DNA of 64,000 bases from an uncultured Gammaproteobacteria bacterium (GCA_902605525.1 CACLCV010000002.1:6176-70175), one strand, 5' to 3'; counted from the stretch's first letter, positions 15,146 to 27,455 are shown. A program made the numbers and translations. The notes: generated by a model not told the origin, from the letters alone.

Positions 15146-16222
15146 TTATATATTAAATCTAAAATAGATCACATCGCCTTCACAAACAACATAATCTTTA
15201 CCTTCTTGTCTCCATACGCCATTGGCTTTTGAAGCTTGCTCACTTCCGCTTTCGATGTAATCATCATATGAGACGGTTTCAGCTCTTATAAATCCTTTTT
15301 GGATATCTGTGTGTATGATACCTGAACATTCCTGAGCATTAAAATACTTTTTTGCTGCCCATGCCCTTGATTCTTTTTCACCCGATGTAAAGAATGTTTT
15401 AAGATCAAGAAGACTATATCCCATTTTGATAATTTTTGATAATGCAGACTCATCTATGCCAAACTCTTCCATAAATTCTTTTTTTTCATCTTCTGAGAGC
15501 ACGTCAAGATCTGTTTCCACTTTAACATTCACCTCAACTAATTTTATATTTTCTGGCATTGATTTAATGAAGTCATTAATTTCCTGTTTTGAGGTATTTT
15601 CACTAATATTAGCAATCACAAACATTGGCTTTTGAGTCAACAATTTAATATCAGGGAAAAACTCTTGAACTTTGTCTAAATCTTTTTTTTGTAAAAATTT
15701 ATTGTTATTCAGTTTATCGAGAGCTTTTATCGCTTCTTCTTTTAAAAGATTTTTTTCCTTTTCAGATGTTTTGCTTTTTGTAATTCTATTTGAGATACTT
15801 TCTAATGTAGTGATATCAGATAATATCAATTCTGTATTAATATCATTAAAGTCTGACATAGGATTAGGTTCACCGTTGACGTGAATAATATCATCATCAA
15901 TAAAGAATCTTACTACATGTGCTATGGCATCAGTATTTCTGATATGCGTGAGAAAATCATTTCCAAGCCCCTCTCCCTTAGAAGCTCCTTTTATTAATCC
16001 AGCAATATCTACAAACTCAATTACTGCATTAATTTTACTTTTTGATGAGTTTAATTCTGATAACTTATCCAATCTATCATCCGGTACTTCTACAGTTGCA
16101 ATATTTGGATCGATTGTACAAAAAGGGAAGTTTTTAGCATCAATTTTTTGTGAAGTTAATAAATTAAATATGGATGACTTACCTACGTTTGGCATACCAA
16201 CCAAACCGCATTTAAATCCCAT
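15146..16222 (-). CDS. ychF: Ribosome-binding ATPase YchF
   Basis: Starts MGFKCGLVGMPNVGKSS as in E. coli YchF. Has a TGS-like C-terminus. The stop codon abuts the tRNA-Met 5' end. Confidence 0.93.
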   Translation of the reverse strand: MGFKCGLVGMPNVGKSSIFNLLTSQKIDAKNFPFCTIDPNIATVEVPDDRLDKLSELNSSKSKINAVIEFVDIAGLIKGASKGEGLGNDFLTHIRNTDAIAHVVRFFIDDDIIHVNGEPNPMSDFNDINTELILSDITTLESISNRITKSKTSEKEKNLLKEEAIKALDKLNNNKFLQKKDLDKVQEFFPDIKLLTQKPMFVIANISENTSKQEINDFIKSMPENIKLVEVNVKVETDLDVLSEDEKKEFMEEFGIDESALSKIIKMGYSLLDLKTFFTSGEKESRAWAAKKYFNAQECSGIIHTDIQKGFIRAETVSYDDYIESGSEQASKANGVWRQEGKDYVVCEGDVIYFRFNI

Positions 16223-16811
16223 TGTTATCACCATTTAGATTATTCATGAAATTTGTATAAGAACCATCAAGTAAATCTTGAGAATTTTGAATGATATTCT
16301 CTATCCCCTCTAATATTTGTTTTTTATCATCTGGTGATGGCTTACCCAATACATAGGAAATGACATCATCTTTATGCGTAGGCTTACCGATTCCTATTTT
16401 TAATCTCCAAAAATCTTTTGTGCCAATTTTTTCTATAATATCTTTGATTCCGTTGTGCCCACCGCTTCCACCTGAAAATTTGAGTCTAATTTTACCGGCG
16501 GCTAAATCTAAATCATCGTAAGCGACAATTATCTGAGATGGTATGATATTTTTATTTTTAATGAAGTTTTTCAAAGGCGTTCCGCTATCATTAATAAAAG
16601 TCATTGGTTTAAGTATTTTTATATCTATACCCTCTGATTGATAATCAGTATCACAAAAACCTTTTTTCAAGTTATCATTGAAGTGGATTCGTAGACTATC
16701 AACCAAAGAGTCAATAAACCAAAAACCTATGTTATGTCTTGTGTTTAGAAATTTATTATCAGGATTACCTAATCCTACAATCAATGCTGGAGGATTATCT
16801 TCAGGAATCAT
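16212..16811 (-). CDS. pth: Peptidyl-tRNA hydrolase
   Basis: LIVGLGNPDNKFLNTRHNIGF and GGHNGIKDI. Confidence 0.93.
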   Translation of the reverse strand: MIPEDNPPALIVGLGNPDNKFLNTRHNIGFWFIDSLVDSLRIHFNDNLKKGFCDTDYQSEGIDIKILKPMTFINDSGTPLKNFIKNKNIIPSQIIVAYDDLDLAAGKIRLKFSGGSGGHNGIKDIIEKIGTKDFWRLKIGIGKPTHKDDVISYVLGKPSPDDKKQILEGIENIIQNSQDLLDGSYTNFMNNLNGDNNGI

Positions 16812-16822
16812 ATTAAAGGAGG

Positions 16823-17509
16823 CTATTTACTATCTTCTTCTTTGGAATCAGCGTCAGCATCTGCTTTGGTATTATCATCAGTATCGCCAGCTTCATCATC
16901 TGCTGGTGCCGCTTCAACTTCTTCAATTTTTTCAGCTTTAGGCTCATAACAACTGACAACAGGCGAATCATGTTCTTCGTCAACAGGTGTCGCAAGTTCT
17001 ACATTAGCAGGTAATTTAACTTCTGATAAATGAACACTATGTCCCAATTCTAATTCAGCGATATCAACAGTGATGTTTTCAGGAATATCTTTAGGTAAAC
17101 AGGAGATTTCAAGTTCAGATTGTATGTGTGATATCATGCCACCACCTAACTTAACCCCAGCACATGTATCTTCATTTACGAACATAATAGGAACATTTAC
17201 AACAACTGCTTTATTTTTATCTACAGCAAAGAAGTCCATATGGGTAATATCTGATTTTCTAGGATCTCTTTGTAGGTCTTTTAATATGACATCTATTGTG
17301 TTTTTATCTATTGTAAGTTTGATTACACTACTGTAGAAACCAGCATCTCTGACTTGCTTAGCTACTTCATTTGCATCAAGAACTATGTTGCTGTTATCAA
17401 CATCTCCGTATACGACAGCAGGTATACCATTTTCCCTTCTAATTTTCTTAGAAGTGGCTGTCCCTATGCTTTCTCTTGGTTTTGCTTGTAATATATATTC
17501 AGTGTTCAT
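16823..17509 (-). CDS. rplY: 50S ribosomal protein L25 (Ctc form) with an acidic C-terminal tail
   Basis: RRENGIPAVVYG and HMDF blocks. Conserved position between prs and pth. Confidence 0.9.
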   Translation of the reverse strand: MNTEYILQAKPRESIGTATSKKIRRENGIPAVVYGDVDNSNIVLDANEVAKQVRDAGFYSSVIKLTIDKNTIDVILKDLQRDPRKSDITHMDFFAVDKNKAVVVNVPIMFVNEDTCAGVKLGGGMISHIQSELEISCLPKDIPENITVDIAELELGHSVHLSEVKLPANVELATPVDEEHDSPVVSCYEPKAEKIEEVEAAPADDEAGDTDDNTKADADADSKEEDSK

Positions 17510-17534
17510 AGCTATTTTTCAATGGATTATACTC

Positions 17535-18488
17535 TTATTCTATGAAAAGTGAACTAACAGATTCTTTATTATCTATTCTTCTTAATGTTTCCGCTAGCAT
17601 CTCTGCAACAGTTATCTGTCTAATTTTGCCTGTATCATTAATTTTCTTTGAGAGTTTGATCGTATCTGTAACGATTATTTCATCTATAGTGGAGTTATTA
17701 ATATTTTGATCAGCCTTACCTGAGAATATTGGGTGAGTGATATAAGCAAAAACTTTTGATGCACCTTGATCTTTTAGTGCGTCTGCTGCATGGCATAGTG
17801 TTCCTGCTGTGTCACATATATCATCAACTATGATGCAACACTTATCTTTAACATCTCCTATAATTTGCATAACTTCTGAAACATTAGCTTCTGGTCGCCT
17901 TTTATCTACGATAGCTAAATCTGAATTCAATTGTTTAGCTAATGCCCTTGCCCTTACAACACCTCCGACATCAGGAGAAACAATAATGGTATCCTTATAA
18001 TTCTGTTTATGTATATCCGCTAAAAATAGTGGTGTTGCATAAATATTATCGACTGGTATATCGAAAAAGCCTTGAATTTGATCAGCATGTAAATCAATAG
18101 TTAATAATCTTTCTACACCCATACTTGTTAACATATTAGCAACAACTTTAGCTGTGATTGGCACTCTAGCAGATCTTGCTCGTCTGTCTTGTCTTGAATA
18201 GCCAAAATATGGAAGTACTACTGATATTCTCTCAACAGAAGATCTTTTAAGAGCATCGACCATTATAAGTAGTTCCATGAGGTTATCATTAACAGGGTCA
18301 CACAGTGGCTGGATTATATAAATATCTTGACCTCTGACATTTTCTTCAATTTCAACAGAGATTTCGCCGTCACTAAATGTTTTAACAGAAGCTTTGCCTA
18401 AAGTAATTCCTAAGTTTTTGGCAACAGATTTAGCAAGTGCTTTATTAGCATTTCCCGAAAATATCATCGATGTTTTTATATCAACCAT
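17535..18488 (-). CDS. prs: Ribose-phosphate pyrophosphokinase
   Basis: Contains [10 protein letters not shown] and the PRPP loop [12 protein letters not shown]. Confidence 0.95.
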   Translation of the reverse strand: MVDIKTSMIFSGNANKALAKSVAKNLGITLGKASVKTFSDGEISVEIEENVRGQDIYIIQPLCDPVNDNLMELLIMVDALKRSSVERISVVLPYFGYSRQDRRARSARVPITAKVVANMLTSMGVERLLTIDLHADQIQGFFDIPVDNIYATPLFLADIHKQNYKDTIIVSPDVGGVVRARALAKQLNSDLAIVDKRRPEANVSEVMQIIGDVKDKCCIIVDDICDTAGTLCHAADALKDQGASKVFAYITHPIFSGKADQNINNSTIDEIIVTDTIKLSKKINDTGKIRQITVAEMLAETLRRIDNKESVSSLFIE

Positions 18489-18503
18489 TTCGTGACCTAA
18501 TGT

Positions 18504-18575
18504 CTGGGGTGGAAGGATTCGAACCTCCGAATGACGGGATCAAAACCCGCTGCCTTACCGCTTGGCTACACCCCA
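18504..18575 (-). tRNA. tRNA-Gln (anticodon TTG), CCA not encoded
   Basis: The minus strand reads TGGGGTGTAGCCAAGCGGTAAGGCAGCGGGTTTTGATCCCGTCATTCGGAGGTTCGAATCCTTCCACCCCAG, very close to E. coli tRNA-Gln. Sits in the conserved ispE-tRNA-Gln-prs position. Confidence 0.9.
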
Positions 18576-18580
18576 AATTA

Positions 18581-19402
18581 TTAAGAAAAAATATCATACG
18601 ACTCTAGACTACTCACTATTAATGATTTGTATTTTCGTCCAATCTCCTTATTGGCTACTAATGCACCTTCGTAATTATCATACTCAATGTATAGCGTGCT
18701 TCCCGTACCGGACATTTTAACGCTACCAAAGGCGGAAAGCCAATATTTTGTCTCTTTTAATGAAGGATATTTGGACATAACTATTTTTTCAAAGGAATTA
18801 ATATTTGATGCCATTAGCTCATCAAGACTGCATTGAGTCATAAAGTCTTTTGAGGATAAAGATGCATACATATCTTTTGTTGATATCTTTAAATTTGGCA
18901 GGATAAGAACAAAGTATTTTTTATCTACTGAAATATTATTAACAATTTCTCCTTTTCCACCAATATATGCAGCTCCACCATTAATAAAGAACGGTACGTC
19001 TGCTCCAATGTCCTCAGATATTTTCATCAAATTATCCTTTGATATGTTTAATTTGAAAATGTCATTTAATGCCAATAAGGTGACTGCAGCATTTGAGCTG
19101 CCACCACCTAAACCAGAACCTACAGGTATTTGTTTATCTAAAAATATATCTACACCTTCAATATCATATAAATTTGAAATTACATTATATGCTTCTGTAA
19201 CTAAATTATAAGTAGAGTCAATTTCATTAGAGTTCGTTTTAAAGTTGAGTTTGGTTGAATTATTTTTTTGGAAAGATAACGTGTCATAGAAATCAATAAT
19301 ACAAAAGATACTTTCTAGATCGTGATAACCATCTTTCCTTGTATCAAGAATATGTAAACATAAGTTAAGTTTTGCAAATGACTTACAATTTAATGGCTGC
19401 AT
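18581..19402 (-). CDS. ispE: 4-diphosphocytidyl-2-C-methyl-D-erythritol kinase
   Basis: GHMP kinase motif PVGSGLGGGSSNAA. Synteny with prs. Confidence 0.92.
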   Translation of the reverse strand: MQPLNCKSFAKLNLCLHILDTRKDGYHDLESIFCIIDFYDTLSFQKNNSTKLNFKTNSNEIDSTYNLVTEAYNVISNLYDIEGVDIFLDKQIPVGSGLGGGSSNAAVTLLALNDIFKLNISKDNLMKISEDIGADVPFFINGGAAYIGGKGEIVNNISVDKKYFVLILPNLKISTKDMYASLSSKDFMTQCSLDELMASNINSFEKIVMSKYPSLKETKYWLSAFGSVKMSGTGSTLYIEYDNYEGALVANKEIGRKYKSLIVSSLESYDIFS

Positions 19403-21095
19403 TTTTACTATTATCTAAGAGCTTTAGTAACTTTTCGCTGTTAGGATTATTTTTTATAGACTGATTTAAGATATATTTTGCTTCATTAGAATTACCATTT
19501 TTTAAAAGTATTAAATAATGGTGTTCTACAATTTCAGGATCTTGATCCTTGGAATAAGCTAAAGACGAGTATTTCGCTGCTTCTTTGTAAGAACCTTTTA
19601 AATATAATACCCACGCTAAACTGTCCAAGATTGCCGCTTGACCAGGTCGGATGCCAAGAGCTTTTCTTATTAGATTTTCTGATTTATCAAGATGAAGTTT
19701 ATGTAACGCAAGGCTGTATCCATATGCATTTAAAGCAATTGAATTGTATTTATTAAGTTTGATCATCTCATCAAAATCCTTACTCATACTTAAAATATTA
19801 CCTTCTTTTTCGTAAGCAATAGCACGACTGTAAAGTGCTCTCTCATTATTTGGAAAAGATTTAAGAATTTGACTAGACAGCTTAATAATATCAGCTGATT
19901 CGCCTATCTCCTCGAAAATTGACAGCTTAAGTGATAAAGAATTAAGTAGATTATCCTGATTTTTTATTTTAATTTCCTTGTCAATATGGGATAAAGCTTT
20001 TTCTAAATTATATTTTTTTAACAAAGCTTTTGAAACATTTAAAGTTTTAACATTAACAAACGTTCCTTGCTGTATTCTTTGATAATGTAACAATGCTTCA
20101 TCATACCTTTTATTTATATAATCAATCTGGCCTAAGAAAAAATTAATATTATCAGGTACATAAAATTTAGATAATAAAATATTAAAATACTTTTCTGCCA
20201 GGTTATACCTCTCATTATCAAAACATAATAAAGCAACTCTAAAAATAAAATCATCATCGGAAGGATCAATACTTATGAGTTTCTCAATGAGTGGAGCCGC
20301 ATGATCTAACTTTTCTTCTTTAAGGTAGAACATTAAAAGTTCAAATGATACTTCTCGGTCTAAAATAGATGATGATTCAATAAAACTTTCTAATGTTGAT
20401 ATAGCTTTATCAGTTTTATTTAATTGGGATAGTGACTTTGCATACTTCCTGGTTAATGTTCTATTTTTTTTGAAATTAATGTCTTCTATGTATATAACAG
20501 CAAGCTCATCAATATTATTTTTTTGTAATATATTAATGTAGGATAATAAAATTGTTTTATCTTTATATCTTGGAAGGTTCAACTCAAAATAATCTACTAT
20601 ATTCTTTGTAATTACATTTCTTGATAAAATACTTTCAATATCAACATAGGATTCATTTTTATTTTCTAAGTAGAGGTTGTATAAAAAATCGAAGTGTATA
20701 TTTGCTGATTGATATTGTTCAACTTCTATATATGCAGAAAATGCAGCTTTATGAGCATAGATATTTTGATTGTCTAGTTCTAGCCATCTATTCACGATTG
20801 TCATGATTGAATCAAATTTATTAAGCTCTCTTGCTCTATTGATCATGTTCATAAAATCAGTTTCATTGTTGAAATAGGTTATGTTCGATGTAAATGTATT
20901 GATAGCATCATTAGTCCTGCCCTTGTGAAGCAGTAATTCTACGACTATTTTATAATATGCATAATTGTATTTTATTTCTGGACTTTTGTATGAGACCTCC
21001 TCTTTAAAGTCCCTCTGTTCAGAACTGATCTGTGAGCCACAAGATATAAGAAATAAAAGGCTAATTAATACTACAAATTTCAAATTTTTTACCAT
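19383..21095 (-). CDS. TPR-repeat lipoprotein
   Basis: Lipobox LLFLISCGS followed by many TPR-like repeats. It sits in the position of the TPR gene divergent from hemA, as in pseudomonads. Confidence 0.75.
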   Translation of the reverse strand: MVKNLKFVVLISLLFLISCGSQISSEQRDFKEEVSYKSPEIKYNYAYYKIVVELLLHKGRTNDAINTFTSNITYFNNETDFMNMINRARELNKFDSIMTIVNRWLELDNQNIYAHKAAFSAYIEVEQYQSANIHFDFLYNLYLENKNESYVDIESILSRNVITKNIVDYFELNLPRYKDKTILLSYINILQKNNIDELAVIYIEDINFKKNRTLTRKYAKSLSQLNKTDKAISTLESFIESSSILDREVSFELLMFYLKEEKLDHAAPLIEKLISIDPSDDDFIFRVALLCFDNERYNLAEKYFNILLSKFYVPDNINFFLGQIDYINKRYDEALLHYQRIQQGTFVNVKTLNVSKALLKKYNLEKALSHIDKEIKIKNQDNLLNSLSLKLSIFEEIGESADIIKLSSQILKSFPNNERALYSRAIAYEKEGNILSMSKDFDEMIKLNKYNSIALNAYGYSLALHKLHLDKSENLIRKALGIRPGQAAILDSLAWVLYLKGSYKEAAKYSSLAYSKDQDPEIVEHHYLILLKNGNSNEAKYILNQSIKNNPNSEKLLKLLDNSKNAAIKL

Positions 21096-21139
21096 CTATG
21101 TATAATAGCACATGCTAATATGTTAATAAGGAAACAAAA

Positions 21140-22381
21140 ATGACCATATCAGTTATAGGGCTTAATCATAAATCTGCTAGTTTAGATATAAGAGAAAAAT
21201 ATTCTTTTACAGGCGACGCTTGTTCTTTGTTGCTTCGAAGAATAAAAAAAATGCCTGAGATAAATGAGGTACTTGTTGTTTCTACATGCAATAGAACCGA
21301 GATTTATACAGATAGCGAATCAGGATCTGATAATATTCAAAAATGGCTGGTGGGAGAAAAAGAATATCGACCTTTTATAAGTCATATGTATGTTCATCGG
21401 GAAGAAGATGCAATAAGACACTTATTTAAGGTAGTTTCCGGACTTGATTCCATGGTAGTTGGTGAAAGCGAAGTTTTAGGACAAGTGAAAACATCTTATA
21501 AAATCGCCCTAGAAAATAAAACAATAGATAGTAAATTGAAAAGATTGTTTGAATATTCATTTTCTGTCGCAAAAAATGTTAGAACAAATACAGATATAGG
21601 TGGTAATGCTATATCTTTCATGTACACATCAATTCTACTTGTTAAAAAAATATTCTCTAATATCGAAGAAAAAAAATGTTTATTAATAGGTGCGGGTGAA
21701 ATGACTCAGCTTGCATTAAAATATCTAAAATCAAATAACGTAAACGACATTACTATATGTAATAGAAAAGAAGAAAAAGGTAAAAAATTAGCTTTTGAAA
21801 ATAACTGTAGATATTCTCATTTGAATAATTTGTCCAACATCATCCATGAATACGATATAATAATTACATCAACATCAAGTTCTCTTCCGCTTATTGGAAA
21901 AGGTAATATTGAAAGTGCTCTTGACAAAAGGAATAACCAATCCATTGCTCTTATTGATCTTGGTGTGCCTAGGGATATAGAATCTCAAATTAAAAATCTG
22001 GATAATGTATATCTCTATACCATTGATGATCTCGGTGAAATCATTGAAAAGAATTATAAGATTAGAGAAAAGTCGATAGAACAAGCTGAAGAGATAATCA
22101 AATTTAAAATTATTGAATACAAAAATTGGCTTTCTGAAAATAATAGCTCTGAAGTTATAAAGAATTACAGAGAATATGTTGATGATATTACAAAGGGAAT
22201 TGTAATAAAAGCCAAAAGAATGTCAAATAATGGAGATGACATAGACTCTATAATTGAATATATATCTGAGTCTCTTAAAAATAAGCTGGCACATGAAACT
22301 ACAATAAAGTTAAAAGAGCTTTATCCACATTTAGATGAAGACAAATCTCAAAAACTTAATGATCTTTTCAAAGAAAACTAA
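21140..22381 (+). CDS. hemA: Glutamyl-tRNA reductase
   Basis: [21 protein letters not shown] and IGAGEM. Confidence 0.95.
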   Translation: MTISVIGLNHKSASLDIREKYSFTGDACSLLLRRIKKMPEINEVLVVSTCNRTEIYTDSESGSDNIQKWLVGEKEYRPFISHMYVHREEDAIRHLFKVVSGLDSMVVGESEVLGQVKTSYKIALENKTIDSKLKRLFEYSFSVAKNVRTNTDIGGNAISFMYTSILLVKKIFSNIEEKKCLLIGAGEMTQLALKYLKSNNVNDITICNRKEEKGKKLAFENNCRYSHLNNLSNIIHEYDIIITSTSSSLPLIGKGNIESALDKRNNQSIALIDLGVPRDIESQIKNLDNVYLYTIDDLGEIIEKNYKIREKSIEQAEEIIKFKIIEYKNWLSENNSSEVIKNYREYVDDITKGIVIKAKRMSNNGDDIDSIIEYISESLKNKLAHETTIKLKELYPHLDEDKSQKLNDLFKEN

Positions 22382-23439
22382 TGAATCAAGAATTAAGAGC
22401 CAAACTTGAGAATCATGTCTCAAGTTATAAAGATATTACTAATCAATTAAGTACATCTGAAGTTTATTCTGACAGAAGTCTTATGAAAACACTTAATCAA
22501 AAACTCACAAAGCTAGAACCTAGCGTTAAATTATTTCAAAAGTATCTTAATATCGAGAAATCAATTATTGACACAAAAGAACTCCTGGAAGATGAAGATA
22601 AAGAAATGAGAGCAATAGCTCAAGAAGAATTAAAAAATCATGAACAATTATTGAAAGAAATTGAAAATAAAATAATTGAAGTAACGGTGGAGAAAGATCC
22701 TAATGATTCGCGAGATATATACATGGAGATTAGAGCAGGGACTGGTGGAGAGGAGGCAGCTATATTTGCTGGTGATTTATATAAAATGTACTTAAAATTC
22801 TCAGAGAAGAATAAATGGGATATTGAAATTATCAATAGTAATATCAGTGATCATGGAGGATTTAAAGAAATAATTTTCAAAATTATTGGATCTAATGTTT
22901 ATAGCAATCTTAAGTTTGAATCAGGAACTCATAGAGTACAAAGGGTGCCAAATACAGAGACTCAAGGTCGAGTACATACTTCAGCATCCACTGTAGCTGT
23001 CTTACCTATAGTTGAACAAGTTGATGATATAGATATTAACCCTGCGGATTTGAGAATTGATACATACAGGGCATCTGGTGCGGGTGGACAACATGTAAAT
23101 AAAACAGATTCAGCTGTAAGAGTCACTCATATACCAACAGGCATTGTCTCAGAGTGCCAAGATGATCGATCACAGCATAAAAATAAAGCAAAAGCGATGG
23201 AGTACTTACATTCCAGGCTTTTATCTGCTGAACAAGAAAAACAAAAAAGAGATACTGATGAAAGCAGAAAGAAACAAGTGGGATCTGGTGATCGTTCAGA
23301 GAGAATAAGGACGTATAATTTCCCACAAGGTAGAGTGACAGATCACCGAATTAATCTTACTCTATATAAACTTGAACAACTCATTGAAGGTGATATTGAG
23401 CCACTAATCGAGGCTCTTACAGAAGAATCTAGAAAATAA
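22381..23439 (+). CDS. prfA: Peptide chain release factor 1
   Basis: GGQ motif [16 protein letters not shown]. hemA-prfA-prmC synteny. Confidence 0.95.
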   Translation: MNQELRAKLENHVSSYKDITNQLSTSEVYSDRSLMKTLNQKLTKLEPSVKLFQKYLNIEKSIIDTKELLEDEDKEMRAIAQEELKNHEQLLKEIENKIIEVTVEKDPNDSRDIYMEIRAGTGGEEAAIFAGDLYKMYLKFSEKNKWDIEIINSNISDHGGFKEIIFKIIGSNVYSNLKFESGTHRVQRVPNTETQGRVHTSASTVAVLPIVEQVDDIDINPADLRIDTYRASGAGGQHVNKTDSAVRVTHIPTGIVSECQDDRSQHKNKAKAMEYLHSRLLSAEQEKQKRDTDESRKKQVGSGDRSERIRTYNFPQGRVTDHRINLTLYKLEQLIEGDIEPLIEALTEESRK

Positions 23440-24302
23440 TGAGAATTTTACAAGCCCTCAAAAAATATACAAAATTTGTTGAGCAATTTACCAATCAATC
23501 ACAGTCAGAATCGAAAATTGAAGCGGAGCATATATTTATGTTTGTTCTAAATGTAAATAGACCAAAACTTTATGAACAATTTAATAATACTCTTACTGAT
23601 TATAATAATAAAAAAATTGAAGATATTTTAGAATTAAGAAAAAATAAGCCTTTGTCATATATATTAAAAAGACATACATTTTATAAAGATGAATTTTATA
23701 TTAATGATAATGTCTTAATTCCAAGGTCAGAAACAGAATCAATTATTGACGAAGTGCTAAGGCAAGGTGATTTATTATTTAAAGAAAAGAAGAAATGTAT
23801 TTTTCTGGATGCTGGCACAGGCTCAGGATGTGTTGGTATCACAATTGCAAATCAAAGGCCGAAATGGAAAGTATTATTATTAGAACTTTATTCTGATGCA
23901 ATTGAAGTTACAAAAATTAACTTAAAGCTATGTAAAAAAAATAACATAAATTTAATTCGTTCAGATTGGCTAAAACCAATAGCTAATAATTCATTTGATT
24001 TTATATTCAGTAATCCTCCATATATAGGAATCAATGATGAATCTATTAATGAATCCGTAAAGTATAATGAACCCGCTTCATCCCTGTTCTCGATGAAAAG
24101 TGGCCTTGCAGACATTAATAAAATTATCGAATATTCTAGGGATGCGTTGTCAACAAATGGAATTTTATTTTTGGAAAATGGAACTGGTCAATCAAAAGAC
24201 ATATCAGTACTTTTAGAATCAAATGATTTTACAGACATAAGGGTACACATAGATTATAATGGACACGATAGATTCACATCATCTCGGAAAAATAATGGAT
24301 AA
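23439..24302 (+). CDS. prmC: Release-factor glutamine N5-methyltransferase
   Basis: SAM motif LDAGTGSGCVG and catalytic NPPY. Confidence 0.9.
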   Translation: MRILQALKKYTKFVEQFTNQSQSESKIEAEHIFMFVLNVNRPKLYEQFNNTLTDYNNKKIEDILELRKNKPLSYILKRHTFYKDEFYINDNVLIPRSETESIIDEVLRQGDLLFKEKKKCIFLDAGTGSGCVGITIANQRPKWKVLLLELYSDAIEVTKINLKLCKKNNINLIRSDWLKPIANNSFDFIFSNPPYIGINDESINESVKYNEPASSLFSMKSGLADINKIIEYSRDALSTNGILFLENGTGQSKDISVLLESNDFTDIRVHIDYNGHDRFTSSRKNNG

Positions 24303-24576
24303 AAACACAATAAAAAAACTTACCTACTTATCAAAACTCAGTATTCCAGAAAGTGATATAGATGAACTTTCTAAAAATCTAGACAATATATTGAAACTGA
24401 TTGGCGAGATAGATGCTGCGCCCACAGATGGCATGTTGCCTATGGCACACCCTCTAGACTTTACCCAGCCTCTCAGAGATGATGTATGTAGAAAAAATAT
24501 CAACAGAGATGCAAATCAGCATGACTCTTCAAAAACAAAAGATGGTTATTATACTGTCCCAAAAATATTAGACTGA
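24295..24576 (+). CDS. gatC: Asp/Glu-tRNA(Asn/Gln) amidotransferase subunit C
   Basis: Internal ATG at 24295 chosen ([17 protein letters not shown]...). Lies immediately upstream of gatA. Confidence 0.85.
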   Translation: MDKNTIKKLTYLSKLSIPESDIDELSKNLDNILKLIGEIDAAPTDGMLPMAHPLDFTQPLRDDVCRKNINRDANQHDSSKTKDGYYTVPKILD

Positions 24577-24577
24577 T

Positions 24578-26023
24578 ATGATTTATAAATCTGTAACTGA
24601 AATTCTTGAAGCAATTAAAAAGAAACAAATTAGTGCGACTGAGATAACAAAAGAATATCTGAAACGTATCAAAGCATCTGGTGACCTCAACTGTTTCATA
24701 ACACTTACTGAAGATTCTGCTTTAAATAGAGCCAAAGAAATTGATAAAGATATTTCTAAAAATAATCTTAAGCCACTTTCAGGATTACCAATAGCTCAAA
24801 AGGATATATTTTGTACAAAAGGAATAAAAACATCTTGTGGATCTAAAATGTTAGATAATTTTATCAGTCCATATGATGCAACAGTTGTTGATAAATTAAA
24901 TGAAGCAGGGACTATAATGCTTGGCAAAACAAATATGGATGAATTTGCTATGGGTTCTTCTAATGAAACGAGCTTTTATGGTGCAGTTAAAAACCCATGG
25001 GATTATGAATATGTTCCAGGAGGATCTTCTGGCGGATCAGCCTCAGCAGTTGCAGCAAGGATTTCTCCTTGTTCGACAGGGACAGATACAGGCGGGTCAA
25101 TTAGACAGCCAGCGTCGCTATGTGGCATTTGCGGATTAAAGCCAACATATGGAAGAGTCTCAAGATTTGGAATGATTGCATTTGCCTCGAGCCTAGATCA
25201 AGCGGGTCTATTTACCACAGATGCACTAGACGCTGCCGTTTTATTAAAAGAAATATCAGGTCATGATCCAAAAGATTCTACGAGCTCGACCGTTGAAGTT
25301 CCAAACTATCATGACTACTGTATTAATTCTGACAAAAAAAACTTTACGGTTGGTATTCCAGAAGAATTTGTTAATGACCTGAATGATGATGTAAAAAATT
25401 CATTTTATGAATCAGTCAAAATTCTAGAAAATATTGGATGTAAAATTAAAAAAATTAATTTAAAACATACGGGCTTAGGTGTATCAGCATATCAAGTCGT
25501 AGCTCCTGCAGAGTGTTCTTCTAATCTGTCTAGATTTGATGGTGTAAGATATGGGCATAGATCTAAAAAATCAGAATCATTAGAAAGTTTATATAGAGAA
25601 TCAAGATCTGAGGGCTTTGGCAAAGAAGTTAAGAGAAGAATTTTAGTCGGGACTTATGCTTTATCAGCAGGCTATTATGATGCATATTATCTTAAAGCAC
25701 AAAAAGTTAGAAATTTAATTGCTCAAGACTTTAGTCAAGCATTTGAAAAAGTAGACTTAATTTTAGGCCCAACAACACCAGATAAAGCATTTAAGATAGG
25801 TGAAAAAATGAATGATCCGATTGCAATGTACTTGTCAGATGTTTACACAGTTAGCACTAATTTAGCAGGCCTTCCAGCAATGTCCATACCGATGGGTTTT
25901 AAAGAGGGTATGCCCCTGGGTTTACAAATAATAGGAAATCATTTTGATGAGAAAGATATCCTTAAACTATCCTATTTATATCAAAAAGAAACGGATTGGC
26001 ATGAACAGGTACCGGGGGCTTAG
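24578..26023 (+). CDS. gatA: Glu-tRNA(Gln) amidotransferase subunit A
   Basis: Amidase signature [13 protein letters not shown]...[11 protein letters not shown]. Confidence 0.95.
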   Translation: MIYKSVTEILEAIKKKQISATEITKEYLKRIKASGDLNCFITLTEDSALNRAKEIDKDISKNNLKPLSGLPIAQKDIFCTKGIKTSCGSKMLDNFISPYDATVVDKLNEAGTIMLGKTNMDEFAMGSSNETSFYGAVKNPWDYEYVPGGSSGGSASAVAARISPCSTGTDTGGSIRQPASLCGICGLKPTYGRVSRFGMIAFASSLDQAGLFTTDALDAAVLLKEISGHDPKDSTSSTVEVPNYHDYCINSDKKNFTVGIPEEFVNDLNDDVKNSFYESVKILENIGCKIKKINLKHTGLGVSAYQVVAPAECSSNLSRFDGVRYGHRSKKSESLESLYRESRSEGFGKEVKRRILVGTYALSAGYYDAYYLKAQKVRNLIAQDFSQAFEKVDLILGPTTPDKAFKIGEKMNDPIAMYLSDVYTVSTNLAGLPAMSIPMGFKEGMPLGLQIIGNHFDEKDILKLSYLYQKETDWHEQVPGA

Positions 26024-26024
26024 T

Positions 26025-27455
26025 ATGTGGGAAACGGTAATAGGACTAGAAATTCATGTTCAACTTGCAACTGATAGTAAGTTATTCTCCTCATCATCAA
26101 CTAATTTTGGTTCTGAGCAAAATACACAAGCATCCATTATTGATTTAGCCATGCCAGGGGTACTTCCAGTTTTAAATAAAAAGGCTGTGAATATGGCAAT
26201 AATGTTTGGGTTAGCTGTAGATGCTAAAATTGCTGATAAATCAATATTTGCTCGTAAAAATTATTTTTATCCAGACTTACCTAAAGGTTACCAAATTTCT
26301 CAGTATGAGCTTCCTGTCGTTTATGACGGGGAACTGGAAATAAACTTAGATGGCAAAAGCAAGACCATAGGAATTACAAGAGCTCATCTAGAAGAAGATG
26401 CAGGAAAATCAATTCACGACCTATTTGATGGAGAGAGTGCTATTGATTTAAACAGAGCTGGAACCCCTCTTATAGAAATTGTCTCGGAACCTGACATGAG
26501 ATCTGCAAGAGAAGCAGTAACATACTTAAAAAAGATACACTCAATTGTTAAGTCTCTCGGGATAAGTGATGGCAATATGGAGGAAGGCTCATTTAGATGT
26601 GATGCTAATGTATCTTTGAGAAAACCAGGAGAAGATTTTGGTATTAGGGCTGAAATAAAAAATATCAATTCTTTCAGATTTGTTGAGCATGCAATAAATT
26701 ACGAGGTAGGCAGACAACAAGATATTCTCGAGTCAGGTGGAGCAGTAAATCAAGAAACTCGTTTGTATGATCCAAAAAAAGATGAAACTCGCCCAATGAG
26801 ATCAAAAGAAGAAGCAAATGATTATAGATATTTTCCTGATCCTGATTTACTACCCGTAGAAATTACAAAAAAACAAATATCCGAGATTAAAAAAAGTCTT
26901 CCAGAGTTGCCTGATGCAAAGAAAGAAAGATTCATCTTGGAATATGGTTTAAAGAATGATGATGCAGAAATATTATCCTCATCATTAGACTTATCTGAAT
27001 ATTTTGAGAAAGCCAGTATTAATGTATCATCAAAATTCCAGCTACTTGCAAACTTCATTCTTAGTGAAGTAGTAGGTCTATCTAATAAACATAGCCTTGA
27101 TATATCAAAATCTCCAGTTACCCCTGATGAGATAGCTAAATTGGTTACATATGTAAGTGATGAAAAAATATCTATTAAACAAGCTAAAGAGGTATTAAAT
27201 GAATCTTGGCAAAATAAGACTAATGTGGATAAGATAATAAAATCTAAAAATATAGAACAAATATCTAATATTGATTTATTATCAGACGAAGCAAAGAAAA
27301 TACTGGAAAAGCACCCTAAAGAAGTTCAAGATTATAAAAATGGTAAAGATAAGCTCATGGGGTTTTTTGTTGGACAAGTCATGAAAGAAACACAAGGAAA
27401 AGCAAATCCGAAAGCTTTAAATGAAATATTACATAAGTTATTAAAAGGTGAATAA
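26025..27455 (+). CDS. gatB: Asp/Glu-tRNA amidotransferase subunit B
   Basis: Start [14 protein letters not shown] at 26025, just after the gatA stop. The longer track ORF overlaps gatA. Confidence 0.95.
   Translation: MWETVIGLEIHVQLATDSKLFSSSSTNFGSEQNTQASIIDLAMPGVLPVLNKKAVNMAIMFGLAVDAKIADKSIFARKNYFYPDLPKGYQISQYELPVVYDGELEINLDGKSKTIGITRAHLEEDAGKSIHDLFDGESAIDLNRAGTPLIEIVSEPDMRSAREAVTYLKKIHSIVKSLGISDGNMEEGSFRCDANVSLRKPGEDFGIRAEIKNINSFRFVEHAINYEVGRQQDILESGGAVNQETRLYDPKKDETRPMRSKEEANDYRYFPDPDLLPVEITKKQISEIKKSLPELPDAKKERFILEYGLKNDDAEILSSSLDLSEYFEKASINVSSKFQLLANFILSEVVGLSNKHSLDISKSPVTPDEIAKLVTYVSDEKISIKQAKEVLNESWQNKTNVDKIIKSKNIEQISNIDLLSDEAKKILEKHPKEVQDYKNGKDKLMGFFVGQVMKETQGKANPKALNEILHKLLKGE

Noticed and set aside
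16678-16995. Track ORFs 16678-16941(+) and 16813-16995(-) around the pth / rplY junction
   Set aside because: They overlap the well-supported pth and rplY genes, in a different frame or on the other strand, and have no motifs.
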